Made by a program: the position numbers and the translations under genes. Below are positions 37,195 to 47,911 of a stretch of 54,789 bases of DNA, piece after piece (within the stretch, counting starts at the first letter, position 1; each line of letters starts with the position of its first letter). The notes below the pieces were generated by a model, which saw only the letters and a list, made by a program, of their open reading frames with translations, ran no database searches and was not told the DNA's origin. Origin of the DNA: Elusimicrobiota bacterium (GTDB lineage Bacteria > Elusimicrobiota > Elusimicrobia > UBA1565); assembly GCA_043819795.1 (NCBI GenBank), contig JBDREN010000209.1, positions 1-54,789 on the forward strand, given 5' to 3'.

Positions 37195-37881
37195 ATGAGA
37201 CGAGATTCCGGATTGACGACCCCGACCGCGCTCGCCGCCGCGGTCGTGCTGGGGGTGGCGGCGGCGGGCTGCTCCAAGCCCGCGCCGGAGATCAGGAAGG
37301 GCCCGGAGACGCCGGCCTCGGCCTCGGCAACGGCCCCGATGAAGAAGGGGCTGTACGTGACGCTCGACACGACCCAAGGCGAGATCGTGGCGCGACTGCT
37401 GCCCGAGGAGGCCCCGAAGACGGTGGAGAACTTCGTCGGGCTGGCTACAGGCAAGAAGGAGTGGACCGACCCGGCCACCGGGCAGAAGACCACCCGGCCG
37501 CTCTACAACGGTACGCATTTCTTCCGTGTGATCCCCGGGTTCATGATCCAGGGCGGCGATCCGCTCAGCAGCGGCTTCGGCAATCCCGGCTTTCGTTTCG
37601 AGGACGAGTTCTTCCCGGGCCGGACCTTTGACCGGGCGGGGCTGCTCGCGATGGCGAACTCCGGGCCGGACACCAACGGCAGCCAGTTCTTCATCACGCT
37701 GGCCCCGGTTCCCCACCTCACCAACAAGCACACGATCTTCGGCGAGGTCGTGAAGGGCCAGGACGTGGTCGGGGCCATCGCGGCCGTCGAGCGCACCCGG
37801 ATGGACCCCCAGACGGGGCGCGTGATCGACCGGCCCGCGGTGCCGCAGGTCCTGAAGGAAGTCCGCATAGAAGAACGATAG
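37195..37881 (+). CDS. Cyclophilin-type peptidyl-prolyl isomerase, lipoprotein
   Basis: AAAGC lipobox; APKTVENF, FRVIPGFMIQGGDP, AMANSGPDTNGSQFFIT, HTIFGEV. Confidence 0.93.
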   Translation: MRRDSGLTTPTALAAAVVLGVAAAGCSKPAPEIRKGPETPASASATAPMKKGLYVTLDTTQGEIVARLLPEEAPKTVENFVGLATGKKEWTDPATGQKTTRPLYNGTHFFRVIPGFMIQGGDPLSSGFGNPGFRFEDEFFPGRTFDRAGLLAMANSGPDTNGSQFFITLAPVPHLTNKHTIFGEVVKGQDVVGAIAAVERTRMDPQTGRVIDRPAVPQVLKEVRIEER

Positions 37882-37966
37882 GGTAGTAGGTGCTCCCTCG
37901 GCGCGTCTTGAATCCGGGTCAGGCTCGGCCCTCAAAAGCGGCACCCACTGAGTCGAGGCGGCGCTA

Positions 37967-38656
37967 GTGCGGCGCATCGCGGAGGGGCTCTACCAGCTCG
38001 AGGCCGGCGGGTTCGTCAACGCCTACCTGATCGTGGGCAGCGCCGATCTCACCTTGGTCGACGCCGGGCACTCCCGCTCGGCCGGGGCCTTGGCCGCCGA
38101 GCTCAGAGACAACGCCTTCGATCTCCGGGACATCGGGCGGGTGGTCGTCACGCACGCCCACGCCGACCACGTCGGCGGGCTGCGCTTCCTGCTCGGCAAG
38201 CACCCGATCAAGGTGCACGCCCATCCCGGCGATATCCCGGTCCTGACCGGCAAGGCCCCGGCGCGCCGCCTCAATGGCTTCAAGGGGTTCTGCCTAGGCT
38301 TCCTACACGAGCATCTCCTGCCGTGGCTGCCGGTCGAGATGGTGATCCCGGCCGAACCCGGCAGGCCGCTGCGCGGCATACCCCAATGGCAGATCCTGCA
38401 CACGCCGGGCCATACGGTCGGCTCGCTGAGCCTTTTTCATCCCGTAAAGCAGATACTCGTGTGCGGCGACGCCCTTTCCAACCGCGGCGGGAAGCTGCAC
38501 CTGCCCGAAGAGTGCTTCAACGAGGATCCCGAGGCCCTGCGTCTCTCGGTGGGGAAGCTTTCGGAGCTCGACTGCGACACGCTCTGCTGCGGGCACGGCC
38601 CTGTGCTCCGCGGCGGCGCCTTCCGCCATATAGAAGCCGCCCTGGCTAAGAAATAA
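37967..38656 (+). CDS. Metallo-beta-lactamase-fold hydrolase
   Basis: THAHADHVGG, HTPGHT, GDAL, GHG. Confidence 0.9.
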   Translation: MRRIAEGLYQLEAGGFVNAYLIVGSADLTLVDAGHSRSAGALAAELRDNAFDLRDIGRVVVTHAHADHVGGLRFLLGKHPIKVHAHPGDIPVLTGKAPARRLNGFKGFCLGFLHEHLLPWLPVEMVIPAEPGRPLRGIPQWQILHTPGHTVGSLSLFHPVKQILVCGDALSNRGGKLHLPEECFNEDPEALRLSVGKLSELDCDTLCCGHGPVLRGGAFRHIEAALAKK

Positions 38657-38692
38657 GGATAAGTCCCCGATCATCGCCTCGCCGGATGCTGG

Positions 38693-39439
38693 CTAGCGAA
38701 GGCGCGCGCGGATGTCCTGCGCGATGGCGGCGAGATGCTCGCGGATGCGGGGGTTGCGCCGTTCGAGCAGCGGCAGGACCTTGAGGCGGACCCAGTTGCG
38801 GGTGAAGCGCGTCGAGCGGTTGGTGGGGTCCTTTCGGTATCGCAGTCCGTAGGCCCGGCAGTAGGCCAGGACCTCGGCCCGGCTCAGGACCAGGAGCGGG
38901 CGGATGAGCTGGACCCGGCGAACGCCGCGTCCGGCCCCCTCGCGCAGGACGCGCTTCGGCGGGATGCCGGCGAGCCCCTTCGCCTTCGTCCCGCGCAGCA
39001 AGTGCAGAAGCAGGGTCTCGGCCTGGTCGTCGAGATGGTGGCCGGTCGCCGCCTTGTCGCAGCCGAGGCGGCGGGCGCAGGCCGCGAGAGCGCGGTAGCG
39101 CAGGCGCCTGCCCGCGTCCTCGAGGCTGCGGCGCTCCCGCGAGGCCAGCTCCGAGACCGGAAGCCGCTCCAGCACGAACGGCAGGCCGAGCTGGCGGGCG
39201 AGACGCTCCGCGAAGACGGCGTCCCGGTCGGCGCCGCGGCCGCGCAGGCCGTGGTGCATGTGGAGGACCGTCGCGATCAGGCGCCGTCTCGCGGCGAGCC
39301 GGCTCAGGCGGTGGGCCAGGCATACGGAATCGGGGCCTCCCGAAACGGCGACCAGGACGCGGTCGCCCCGCGAGAGGAGGCCTTCGGCCCGGTCGAAGGC
39401 CGCCAGGCGGGAGAGGAGCCGTTTGGGAGCCGGGGGCAT
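38693..39439 (-). CDS. tilS: tRNA(Ile)-lysidine synthase (short, catalytic domain only)
   Basis: VAVSGGPDS, HHGLR, RRLRY, GHHLDDQAET, IRPLL, DPTN..FTRNWVR. Confidence 0.92.
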   Translation of the reverse strand: MPPAPKRLLSRLAAFDRAEGLLSRGDRVLVAVSGGPDSVCLAHRLSRLAARRRLIATVLHMHHGLRGRGADRDAVFAERLARQLGLPFVLERLPVSELASRERRSLEDAGRRLRYRALAACARRLGCDKAATGHHLDDQAETLLLHLLRGTKAKGLAGIPPKRVLREGAGRGVRRVQLIRPLLVLSRAEVLAYCRAYGLRYRKDPTNRSTRFTRNWVRLKVLPLLERRNPRIREHLAAIAQDIRARLR

Positions 39440-39546
39440 GGCACCATCTTACAATAGCGGCTCTCGTATCGGCAAACTTGCGCTTTCCTCACGCAAAAAT
39501 AATATAATTAGCCTACTTAATCATTCGATCTCGGGAAAGCTAACCT

Positions 39547-39930
39547 ATGGCGAAGAAAGTATTGGTCGTCGACGACGAGCCGGAGATGCTGAACCTCATC
39601 CGCTTCACGCTGGAGCAGGGCGGCTACGATGTGGTCACCTGCGACTCGGGCCGGCACGCCTGGAACGCGATCCTGGAGAACAAGCCGGACCTGCTTCTTC
39701 TCGACGTGATGCTTCCCGGCATAGACGGCTATTCCTTGCAGATCAAGATCTCCCAGGACGACAAAACGAAGGGCATCCCGATCGTCGTCCTGACCTCCCT
39801 GGAGCCCTCGAAGATGCTGTTCAAGAAGTTCGAGCAGGTCCGGGGCTTCATGACCAAGCCGTTCAAGACCGACGAGCTGCTCGCCAAGGTCGAGTCGCTT
39901 ATTGGGAAGTCCTCCGAGTCCCCGGCCTAA
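39547..39930 (+). CDS. Single-domain response regulator (receiver)
   Basis: VLVVDDE, DLLLLDVMLPGIDG, IVVLTS, TKPF. Confidence 0.9.
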   Translation: MAKKVLVVDDEPEMLNLIRFTLEQGGYDVVTCDSGRHAWNAILENKPDLLLLDVMLPGIDGYSLQIKISQDDKTKGIPIVVLTSLEPSKMLFKKFEQVRGFMTKPFKTDELLAKVESLIGKSSESPA

Positions 39931-39939
39931 GGCGGGACC

Positions 39940-41238
39940 ATGTCCGAAGACGCGTTTGACGCCATTGTCGTAGGTGCCGGCCCCGCCGGCGTGTCGGCCG
40001 CCATCACCATGGCCCGGGCCGGGCTGTCGGTCGTGGTCTTGGAGCGGGGGGAGTACCCCGGCGCGAAGAACGTGCAGGGGGCCGTCCTCTATTCCCAGAT
40101 GCTCCACGATATCGTGCCCGAGTTCTGGAAGGACCCGCAGGCCGCCATCGAGCGGCCGGTGGTGGAGCAGCGGACGTGCCTGACCACCGACGACTCCTTC
40201 GTCACGATGGCCTACAACTCGAAGAGGTTTCTCGAGGGCGTCCCGAACTGCTACACGATCATCCGCGTGCACTTCGACCAGTGGTACGCCGGCAAGGCCG
40301 AGGAGGCGGGCGTCGAGGTATACCCGGGCGTCAAGGTCGACGACGTGGTCCGGAAAGACGGGAAGATCGCGGGCGTGAAGACGAGCGAGGGAGACGAGCT
40401 CTTGGCCAGCGTCGTCATCGCTTGCGACGGCGTGAACTCGATCCTGGCCCAGAAGGCCGGCTACCGAGAGGAGCTCCGAGCGGCCGAGGTGGCCCTCGGC
40501 GCCAAGGAGGTCCTGGAGCTTCCCGCCGAGAAGATCGAGGAGCGCTTCGGCCTGGAGAAGGGCCACGGCGCGACGATGGAGATCTTCGGCTCGGTCTCCC
40601 TCGGCATGCTCGGCTACGCTTTCCTTTACACGAACAAGGACTCGCTCTCGCTGGGCGTCGGGTGCAAGCTGAGCCACTACCAGAAGAGCGGTATCCGGCC
40701 CTCCGAGCACCTGGAGTTGGTCAAGAAGCATCCCTGCCTCAAGAAGCTGCTCGAGGGCACGAAGACCCTTGAGTATTCGGCGCATCTCATCCCGGAGGGG
40801 GGCTTCAAGTCCATGCCGCCTTTGGCCAAGGACGGGTTTTTGGTCGCGGGCGACGCGGCCCAGATGGTCAACCCGGCGTTCCGGGAGGGCTCGAACCTGG
40901 CGATGACCTCGGGGATGCTGGCCGGCGAGACGGTCATCGAGGCCAAGAAGAAGGGCGACTTCAGCGAGGCGACCCTGTCCGCGTACGTGGACAAGCTCCA
41001 GTCCTCCTATGTCCTGCCGGACCTCGAGGAGGTCAAGGACATCGAGGACCACGTGGAGTCGTGCGAGGGCTTCCTCGACTTCTATCCCAAGCTGGCCTGC
41101 GATCTCGCTCACCTGCGTTTCTCGGCCGACGGGCAGCCCAAGAAGGACCATTTCAAGAAGGCCATCCAGCTTGTCCGGCGGCGGGGTTTCCTGCGCATGG
41201 CCCGGGACCTGTGGCCGCTCAGGAAGGTGGCTGTATGA
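39940..41238 (+). CDS. fixC: FAD-dependent ETF:quinone oxidoreductase FixC-like
   Basis: IVVGAGPAG, ERGEYPGAKN, DGVNS, FLYTNKDSLSLG, EYSAHLIPEGG, GDAA, EGSNLAM.SG. Confidence 0.9.
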   Translation: MSEDAFDAIVVGAGPAGVSAAITMARAGLSVVVLERGEYPGAKNVQGAVLYSQMLHDIVPEFWKDPQAAIERPVVEQRTCLTTDDSFVTMAYNSKRFLEGVPNCYTIIRVHFDQWYAGKAEEAGVEVYPGVKVDDVVRKDGKIAGVKTSEGDELLASVVIACDGVNSILAQKAGYREELRAAEVALGAKEVLELPAEKIEERFGLEKGHGATMEIFGSVSLGMLGYAFLYTNKDSLSLGVGCKLSHYQKSGIRPSEHLELVKKHPCLKKLLEGTKTLEYSAHLIPEGGFKSMPPLAKDGFLVAGDAAQMVNPAFREGSNLAMTSGMLAGETVIEAKKKGDFSEATLSAYVDKLQSSYVLPDLEEVKDIEDHVESCEGFLDFYPKLACDLAHLRFSADGQPKKDHFKKAIQLVRRRGFLRMARDLWPLRKVAV

Positions 41239-41549
41239 GCACGCAAGGCCCCGTCAAAGAGACCGTCGAGGCGAAACTCGGTCTACTGGACTTCAAAAAG
41301 TACTCCGAGACCCATATCACCATCAAGGACGCCTCCCCCAATTCCCCCTGCGTCACGCAGTGCGAGGACAAGCCCTGCGTGGCCGTCTGTCCCGCGAAGG
41401 TCTACGAATGGGAGGAGGAAAAGAAGCAGGTCCTCGTGGCCTACGAGAACTGCATCGAATGCGGTGCCTGCCGCATGCTCTGTCCCTTCGACAACATCGA
41501 CTGCGACTGGCCCCCCGCCGGCCACGGCGTCAAGTACAAGTACGGCTGA
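41235..41549 (+). CDS. fixX: Ferredoxin-like protein FixX
   Basis: CPAKVY, ENCIECGACR..CP, WPPAGHGVKYKYG. Confidence 0.9.
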   Translation: MSTQGPVKETVEAKLGLLDFKKYSETHITIKDASPNSPCVTQCEDKPCVAVCPAKVYEWEEEKKQVLVAYENCIECGACRMLCPFDNIDCDWPPAGHGVKYKYG

Positions 41550-41835
41550 GCCGCTCCTCCTCCCGCCGCGTATCGGATCACCTGCCCGCCGCGGCCGATC
41601 CTGCCTCGTCGACGGCTAGCAAGGCCCGCAACCGACATCCGGCCGCTGCGGGGACAGGAGGCTGTGGAGGCCTTTCGCCGCCCCGTATCGTCGCGCGCGG
41701 TCGCCGTCACCCGACGGAGATCGTCCCCGCCGGCCGCGGCAAACCTGACAAATTATAAAAAGCACTAATTTTCAAGCGTTTTTTCAATATAGATGTCAAT
41801 GCGTTGTCATTGACTTTTGGGATTCCGCAGTGTAT

Positions 41836-44800
41836 ATGAATTACAGAGAGGCGTTTTCTATGGAGCCTGATCTCGGAGATCCCGGAGCTTCTCTTAAGCG
41901 TGACGAGGATTTGAAGAGGGTCCGCGAGGCGCTCGGCAAGGCCTTGCAGGACTTCCTTCAGGTCCTTGACGTGGGCGGCCTCGAGTCCATCGGTCTTCTT
42001 CGCGAGCCCGTACCGCCCGGCGCGCAGGTCAAGAAGGAGATGGATTCGCTCCGGATGCTGGCCGAGACGGGGACCGAGCGTCTGAGCGAGGAGCAGCGCC
42101 GCTACGCCGAGCTGCAGGAGATGCTCGACGACCTCTCCCATTGGGGCGAAGGCGCCCCGGAATCCCTGCGGCGGAGCCTCCAGGACGAGGGGACCAAAGA
42201 GAGGCTCGCGCAGGAGGTGGCCGGGCGGCTGGAGAAGGCTCGCAAGGCGCGCGAGGCGGCGCTGTCGGAATACGAGCGGCGCCTCGGCAAGATGGAGGCG
42301 ATCTACACGAGGTCGCTGGCCAAGGCCGAGAGGCGCTACAAGACGGAGCTGGAAACCCTCGGGTACAAACATAAGGAAGGCGACTGGATCACCGAGAGCG
42401 TGTCCGAGGAGGACCCGTTCTGGGACCAACAGCTCAAGCGAAAGAAGGTCATCGCGGAGTTTAAGTACCACGCCCGGCGCCGGCAGATCCAAAAGGCCTT
42501 CGACCGCCTCAAAGAGAAGCTTTACTCGGAGATCTGGGCGGAGGAGCGCCGGCGGCTGGAGACCACGATCATCGGCCTGGAGAAGAGGCTGGCGGGCGTG
42601 CGGGCCGCGCTTTCCTCCACCGAGCTGCGCGCCAAGGAGGAGTCGGACAGGGTAAGGCGCTACGTCGCGAGGGAGAAGAAGTGGGGCGAGGCGTGCCGGC
42701 GGCTGGAGGACGAGCTCCTGGCCCGCAAGAACGAGCTGGCGCATCTGCGCGACCCCATGGCGGCGGCCTACACGCGCCGAAAGGCCGAGGCCGAGCGGGA
42801 CCAGGCGTGGGCCGTGCGCGAGAAGGCTTTCGATGAGGAGCGCCGGAAGCTCAAAGAGGAGATCGTCGCGCGGGAACGGACTCTGGAGGAGCTCAGCGTG
42901 AAGGCCGCGCAGACGCGCGCGGAGGACGCGGCCAAGCTCCGCGAGGCCTTGGCCAAGCGCGAGGCCTTGTGGCTGCGGGAGCGGGGGAAGCTGGAGGAGG
43001 AGGTCCTGGCGCGGGACAAGGCGTTGGTGGACCTGCGCGCCTCCGGCCGCGAGGAGCACGCGGGCGTCGAGGAACGCATGCGGGAGGCCGGCCGGCTCGA
43101 GGCCGAGATCCGCGCCCGGGAGAAAGCCCTGCGGGAGGCGCGGGACACCGCGGCCGAGGCCTGCGCGCGCCTGGAGGCCAAGCTGAGAAAGTCCGTCGAG
43201 GATCGCGAGGCGCTGTGGGAGGACGAGCGCCGGAAGCTGGAGACGGAGATCCTCGCCCGGCAGAAGGACCTGGAGAGCCTGCGCGCCTCCGCCAAAGACG
43301 AGCAGGCCCGGCTCGAGAGCGGGTCGCGGGAGGCGGCCGCGAGACGCGAGGCCGAGTGGGAGGATGCTTTCACGAAGCGCGAGGCGGAGTGGAAGGATGC
43401 CTCCGCCTCGCTCGAGGCGCAGTGGAAGGAGGCGGCCGCGAGACGCGAAGCCCTTTGGAAGGAGGCCTTCGAGAAGTGGGAGGCGCTCTCCAAGGCGGAT
43501 CGCGTGAAGCTGGAGGAGGAGGTCCAGGCGCGGGACAAGTCCCTGGAGAAGCTGCGCGACTCCGCCCGCGTGGAGCGGGCGCGTCTCGACGCCGAAGTGA
43601 AGGAGGCCCTGGCCAATCGCGAGTCGCACTGGAAGGAGGCCTTCGCGAGCCGGGAGGCCGTATGGGAGCAGGAACGCGCGAGCCTGGAGCATGAGCTTCG
43701 GGCCCAGGAGAAGGTTTTAGAGAGCCTGCGCGCCTCGGCCCGTGCGGAGCAGGCCCGTCTGGAGGCCGAGGAGAAGGACGCGTCGGCCAAGCGCGAGTCG
43801 CACTGGACGGAGGCCATCGCGAACCGGGAGGCGGTGTGGGAGGCCGAGCGCGCGAGCCTGGAGCGGGACATCCGCGAGCGGGAGAAGGCTTTGGAAAGCC
43901 TGCGCGCCGCCGCTCGCGCGGAGCAGGACCGGCTTGAGGCCGACGAGAAGGACGCGTTGACCGATCGTGAGTCGCACTGGAAGGACGCTTTGGAGAACCG
44001 CAAGGCGGTGTGGGAGGCCGAGCGCGCGAGCCTGGAGGTTGATATCCGGGCCCGTGAGAAGGCTTTGGAGGACCTGCGCGCGTCGGCCGGCGCGGAGCGG
44101 GCCCGCCTCGAGGCCGAGTCGAAGGACGCGTTGGCCAAGCGCGAGGCGATGTGGACCGAATCGTCCGCCAAGCGCGAGGCGGCGTGGAAGGAGTTTTTCG
44201 CCAAGCGCGAGGCCCTGTGGAAGGACGAGAGCGAGAAGATGCGTGGCGAGGTCCTGGCCAAGGAGAAGGCCCTGGAGTCCTTGCGCGCGTCGACGCACGA
44301 GAGTCTGGGCCGCCTCGTGGCCGAGTCGAAGGAGGTCGCCGTGAAGCGCGGCGCCTTGTGGAACGAGGAGCGCCGGAAGCTCGAGGGTGAGCTTGCGGCG
44401 AGGGAAAAGACCCTCGATGACCTGCGCGTCTCCGCCCGCGGGCCCCGGCTGCGCAAGCTCGCCTGGGGGGCGGGGCTCTTGACGGCCGCGCTGGCCGCCG
44501 TGGCGGGCGCGGCTTGGTTCCTGTCGGCTCCCGACGGCCGGCCCGAGGGAAGGGACTATCTCCTTTCCCACAAGCACCCGACGGCTCTTGTGTGGTATGG
44601 CGGGAGCCTGTGGACCGCCGACTGGGTGACCCAGAAGGTCTATGAGTACGACCTGCGCCGGGGACGGCTCGAGGCCGTACGCTCGGCGGAGCTCCCGGAC
44701 GCGCGCATCACCGGGCTCGCGGTGTCGGGCGACCGCCTCTACGTCTGCGACCGGGAGAAGCGCGAGATCCAGGTGCGCCGGCTCGACGGGAAGCTCTCGC

Positions 44801-45210
44801 TTGAGAGCGCTCACCCGAGCCCCGGACCGAACCCGTCCGCGCTCTTCTGGGACGGGCGCTATCTGTGGTCGAGCGACGCGGCGACCGGCCTCATCTACAA
44901 GCACGGGGCGGACGCCGGGATGGCGGTTCTCGAGAGCTATCCGGCGCCCGGCGGCGCGCCGGCCGGGATATTCAAGGACGAGGCCCACTTCTGGTCCGCC
45001 GACTCGCAGTCGAGGCTCATCTACCGGCACCGGCTCGACGCGGAGTTGAGTGTGCTCGCGGCCTACTCCCTGCCGCTTCTGGATCAGGGCTCCGAGCCCC
45101 TGTCGGGCTTCACGCTCAAAGGCGACGAGGTATGGATCGGCCGGGACGGCTCGGCCAGCATCCACGCCCTGCCGCTCGCCGCCTTCGAGGAGAACGGCCG
45201 GTCCCGCTAA
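41836..45210 (+). CDS. Large coiled-coil repeat protein with one TM and a C-terminal beta-propeller
   Basis: About 870 aa E/K/R/A-rich helical region, TM LAWGAGLLTAALAAVAGAAWFL, then repeats of the P.(G/A)L.WDG..LW..D type; start codon uncertain. Confidence 0.85.
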   Translation: MNYREAFSMEPDLGDPGASLKRDEDLKRVREALGKALQDFLQVLDVGGLESIGLLREPVPPGAQVKKEMDSLRMLAETGTERLSEEQRRYAELQEMLDDLSHWGEGAPESLRRSLQDEGTKERLAQEVAGRLEKARKAREAALSEYERRLGKMEAIYTRSLAKAERRYKTELETLGYKHKEGDWITESVSEEDPFWDQQLKRKKVIAEFKYHARRRQIQKAFDRLKEKLYSEIWAEERRRLETTIIGLEKRLAGVRAALSSTELRAKEESDRVRRYVAREKKWGEACRRLEDELLARKNELAHLRDPMAAAYTRRKAEAERDQAWAVREKAFDEERRKLKEEIVARERTLEELSVKAAQTRAEDAAKLREALAKREALWLRERGKLEEEVLARDKALVDLRASGREEHAGVEERMREAGRLEAEIRAREKALREARDTAAEACARLEAKLRKSVEDREALWEDERRKLETEILARQKDLESLRASAKDEQARLESGSREAAARREAEWEDAFTKREAEWKDASASLEAQWKEAAARREALWKEAFEKWEALSKADRVKLEEEVQARDKSLEKLRDSARVERARLDAEVKEALANRESHWKEAFASREAVWEQERASLEHELRAQEKVLESLRASARAEQARLEAEEKDASAKRESHWTEAIANREAVWEAERASLERDIREREKALESLRAAARAEQDRLEADEKDALTDRESHWKDALENRKAVWEAERASLEVDIRAREKALEDLRASAGAERARLEAESKDALAKREAMWTESSAKREAAWKEFFAKREALWKDESEKMRGEVLAKEKALESLRASTHESLGRLVAESKEVAVKRGALWNEERRKLEGELAAREKTLDDLRVSARGPRLRKLAWGAGLLTAALAAVAGAAWFLSAPDGRPEGRDYLLSHKHPTALVWYGGSLWTADWVTQKVYEYDLRRGRLEAVRSAELPDARITGLAVSGDRLYVCDREKREIQVRRLDGKLSLESAHPSPGPNPSALFWDGRYLWSSDAATGLIYKHGADAGMAVLESYPAPGGAPAGIFKDEAHFWSADSQSRLIYRHRLDAELSVLAAYSLPLLDQGSEPLSGFTLKGDEVWIGRDGSASIHALPLAAFEENGRSR
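43552..44073 (+). repeat. Three tandem 174-bp (58-aa) intragenic repeats
   Basis: Equivalent CTGCGC anchors at 43552, 43726, 43900 and 44074. Confidence 0.85.
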
Positions 45211-45375
45211 GACGGGCAGAGCCAGGCCGCGCCCCGCACGCCGCTGGAGTCCCCGTACTTGGCCTTGAGAAGACGCGTGACGGGGCGGTCGGTATAGACG
45301 TATTTCCTGACTTCCGCGATGGGACACCCAGACAAAGCCGTATGGTAAGCCGCCGTTTCCCTCTATTGACTCTCT

Positions 45376-45604
45376 GAGGCTCTGCCGTTGCGGCGTCGTG
45401 TCGTCGGAGATTCGCGTCAGCGCAGTTCGTACGCGGTCTGAGGGACGGATTCCCCTCTCCCCCGAAGGGCTAATCTTTACCCACAACTATTTTGAGCACA
45501 AGGGGAGATGGGGATTTTTGAGAAGATTCATGATGGAGGCGTCAGTGGTAAAGGTTGTAAGCCATATCCGAGGCTCCGCCGTTGCGGCGTCGTGTCGTCG
45601 GAGA
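45376..45604. repeat. Two 35-bp direct repeats (one mismatch) in a long intergenic region
   Basis: GAGGCTCYGCCGTTGCGGCGTCGTGTCGTCGGAGA at 45376-45410 and 45570-45604. Confidence 0.85.
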
Positions 45605-45817
45605 CCTGCTATGCCGCGCGCACAACCAGCTGCATGCCCGCCGTGTGTTCGGAGAAGCGGCGATGCATCTTGGCGGGTGTGGAACCGGGTGAGGCGCAGA
45701 CGTATGTGGTGCGGTACGGGAGGGACTCGGGAATAGGAGGGGGGCCGCCGACAAGCGTCCCCGGGCGGCGGGATACGGGACAGGACCCGCGTGGACGGCT
45801 TTCCGCCCTGACGCCCG

Positions 45818-47911
45818 CTAGTTCTGAATGTGGCTGATGTCGGCTACGGACTTGAAGAGGCGCACCAGGCGCGCGAGCAGGGTCAGCCGGTTGCGGCGGA
45901 GCTTCTCGTCCTCGGCCATGACCATGACCTTGTCGAAGAACCGGTCCACCTCGGGCTTGAGCGCGACGAGCGAGCGCAGCCCCTCCTCGAAGAGGCCTTG
46001 GGACACCTTCTCGCTCACCTCGCCCTCCAGCCGGCAAAGCGCCCCGAAAAGCTCGCGCTCGGCCTCGTCGGCGAGGAGGCTCTTGTCCACGTCCCCGTCG
46101 GCGTCGAATTTCGCCTGCCGCAGGATGTTCGAGGCCCGCTTGAAGGCCTGGGCCAGGGGGACGAAGTCCGGCTCCGGCCGCAGAGCGTGCACCGCGGCCA
46201 GCCGCTGGAAGGTCCGCGCGATGTTCTCCAAGCCGCCGGTCCGGACCGCCCGCAACTCGTCGATCCGGTAGCCGCGGTCCAGGAAAAGCGTCTCCGCCCG
46301 CTGCCAGAGGAACTCGAGGATGTCCCGGCGCGCGGCCGGCATGTCGAAGCCTTTCTCCGCTCCGCGGGACTTGACCAGCCCCAGGGCCTTATCCACGGCC
46401 GCGGGGACGCTCACCGGCATCTGCTTCTCGAGCAGGATGCGGACCGCGCCGTTGCCGAGCCGGCGCAGCGCGAAGGGGTCCTCGCTCCCGGAGGGCTTGA
46501 AGCCCGCGGCGATCATCGCGCAGACCGTGTCGAGCTTGCCCGCCAAGGAGACGATGCAGCCCTCCAGGGAGGTGGGCAAAGGAGCCTTGGCCACGACCGG
46601 ATAGTGGAACTCCGACAAGCCCAGCGCGACCTTCTCGCCCAGGCCCTCGTGGCGGGCGTAGACCCCGCCCATGGTCCCCTGAAGCTCGGGGAACTCGCCG
46701 ATCACGTCGGTCACCAGGTCGGCGTAGGCCAGCGCGGCGGTCCGCTTGACCGAGGCGACGTCGATCTCCCGGTCCTGCAGCAGCGCCTCGGAGATCCACC
46801 GGGCCAGGTCCTCCACCCGGGCGGTCTTGTCCCCCATGGAGCCGAGGCCTTTCTGGAAGGTGACGCGGGCGAGGCTCTCGGCCCGCCGCGCCAGCGGCGT
46901 CTGGCGGTCGCGCCGGAAGAAGAAACGCGCGTCGCTGAAGCGGGCGTCGAGCACGCGCTCGTAGCCGGTCTGGACGCCTTTCTGCCCCTCGGAGATCCCG
47001 TCGCGCACCCCGATAAAGTCGGGCTCGAGCCCGCCCGAGCGGCCGAGGATCGGGAAGAACATGAGCTGGCGCTTGAGCACCGTGGTCAACAGCGCCTGGG
47101 GCAGCTCGAGGTACTCCTCCTTGAAGTGGCCCAGGACGGCGACCGGATACTCGCACAGGCAGAGGGTCTTCTCGATGAGCTCCGAGTCCGCGTCCAGCCG
47201 GCCCCGGGAGCGCTTGGCCGCGGCCTCGAGAGTGTCCAGAAGGGTCTTGCGGCGCTCCTCGAGGTCCACGATCACGCAGCGGTCGCGCAGCTGCCGCACG
47301 TAGCGCTCGGGCGCGGCCACCGTCAGCGGCTTGGCGCCCAATGCGGCCAGGCCCCGGACCTTATTGCTCGACCGGACCCCGGCGATCTTGAACGAGACCA
47401 CCCTCTTGCCGCATAAGGCGAGCAAAGTCCGGATGGGGCGGGCGAAGCGGTAGCGGGTCTCCTCCCAGACCAGACCCTTCGGGAACTCGAGCGAGCCGAT
47501 GAGCCGGGGCAGGAATCGCTGGAGGACCTTGAGGGCCGCCTCGCCGGGCAAAGTCTTGCGCGCGAGCAGGAACTCCCCCTTCTTCGGGATAATCACCGTC
47601 TCGAGATCCTGGGGTTTGACGCCCTGCGAGCGCGCGAAGCCCGCGGCCTGCTTGCTGAAGGCCCCGCTCTCGTCTTTGAGCAGACGGGCGGGAGGCCCGG
47701 TCACCTCGCGCGTCTCGGGCGCGGACCTGTCTTGAAGGCCGGTGATCAGAAGAGACATGCGCATCGGCGTCCCGAAGGTCTTGAGCTCCTCATAACCGAG
47801 GCGGTCCTCCTCCAGGAGGGCGGCGGCGTTGCGCTCGAGCTGCCTTAGGGCGGGCAGGAGGAACCGCGCCGGGAGCGACTCGACTCCGATCTCAAGGATG
47901 ACGCTCTTCAT
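45818..47911 (-). CDS. glyS: Glycine--tRNA ligase beta subunit
   Basis: [49 protein letters not shown]. Confidence 0.96.
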   Translation of the reverse strand: MKSVILEIGVESLPARFLLPALRQLERNAAALLEEDRLGYEELKTFGTPMRMSLLITGLQDRSAPETREVTGPPARLLKDESGAFSKQAAGFARSQGVKPQDLETVIIPKKGEFLLARKTLPGEAALKVLQRFLPRLIGSLEFPKGLVWEETRYRFARPIRTLLALCGKRVVSFKIAGVRSSNKVRGLAALGAKPLTVAAPERYVRQLRDRCVIVDLEERRKTLLDTLEAAAKRSRGRLDADSELIEKTLCLCEYPVAVLGHFKEEYLELPQALLTTVLKRQLMFFPILGRSGGLEPDFIGVRDGISEGQKGVQTGYERVLDARFSDARFFFRRDRQTPLARRAESLARVTFQKGLGSMGDKTARVEDLARWISEALLQDREIDVASVKRTAALAYADLVTDVIGEFPELQGTMGGVYARHEGLGEKVALGLSEFHYPVVAKAPLPTSLEGCIVSLAGKLDTVCAMIAAGFKPSGSEDPFALRRLGNGAVRILLEKQMPVSVPAAVDKALGLVKSRGAEKGFDMPAARRDILEFLWQRAETLFLDRGYRIDELRAVRTGGLENIARTFQRLAAVHALRPEPDFVPLAQAFKRASNILRQAKFDADGDVDKSLLADEAERELFGALCRLEGEVSEKVSQGLFEEGLRSLVALKPEVDRFFDKVMVMAEDEKLRRNRLTLLARLVRLFKSVADISHIQN

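Noticed and set aside
45320..45355. c-di-GMP-I riboswitch-like GGGAC..CAAAGCC
   Set aside because: Lacks the GGCAAAC/GNRA P2 hairpin and has no downstream gene to control.
45376..45604. CRISPR array
   Set aside because: Only two repeats, 159-bp spacer, and no cas genes in the window.
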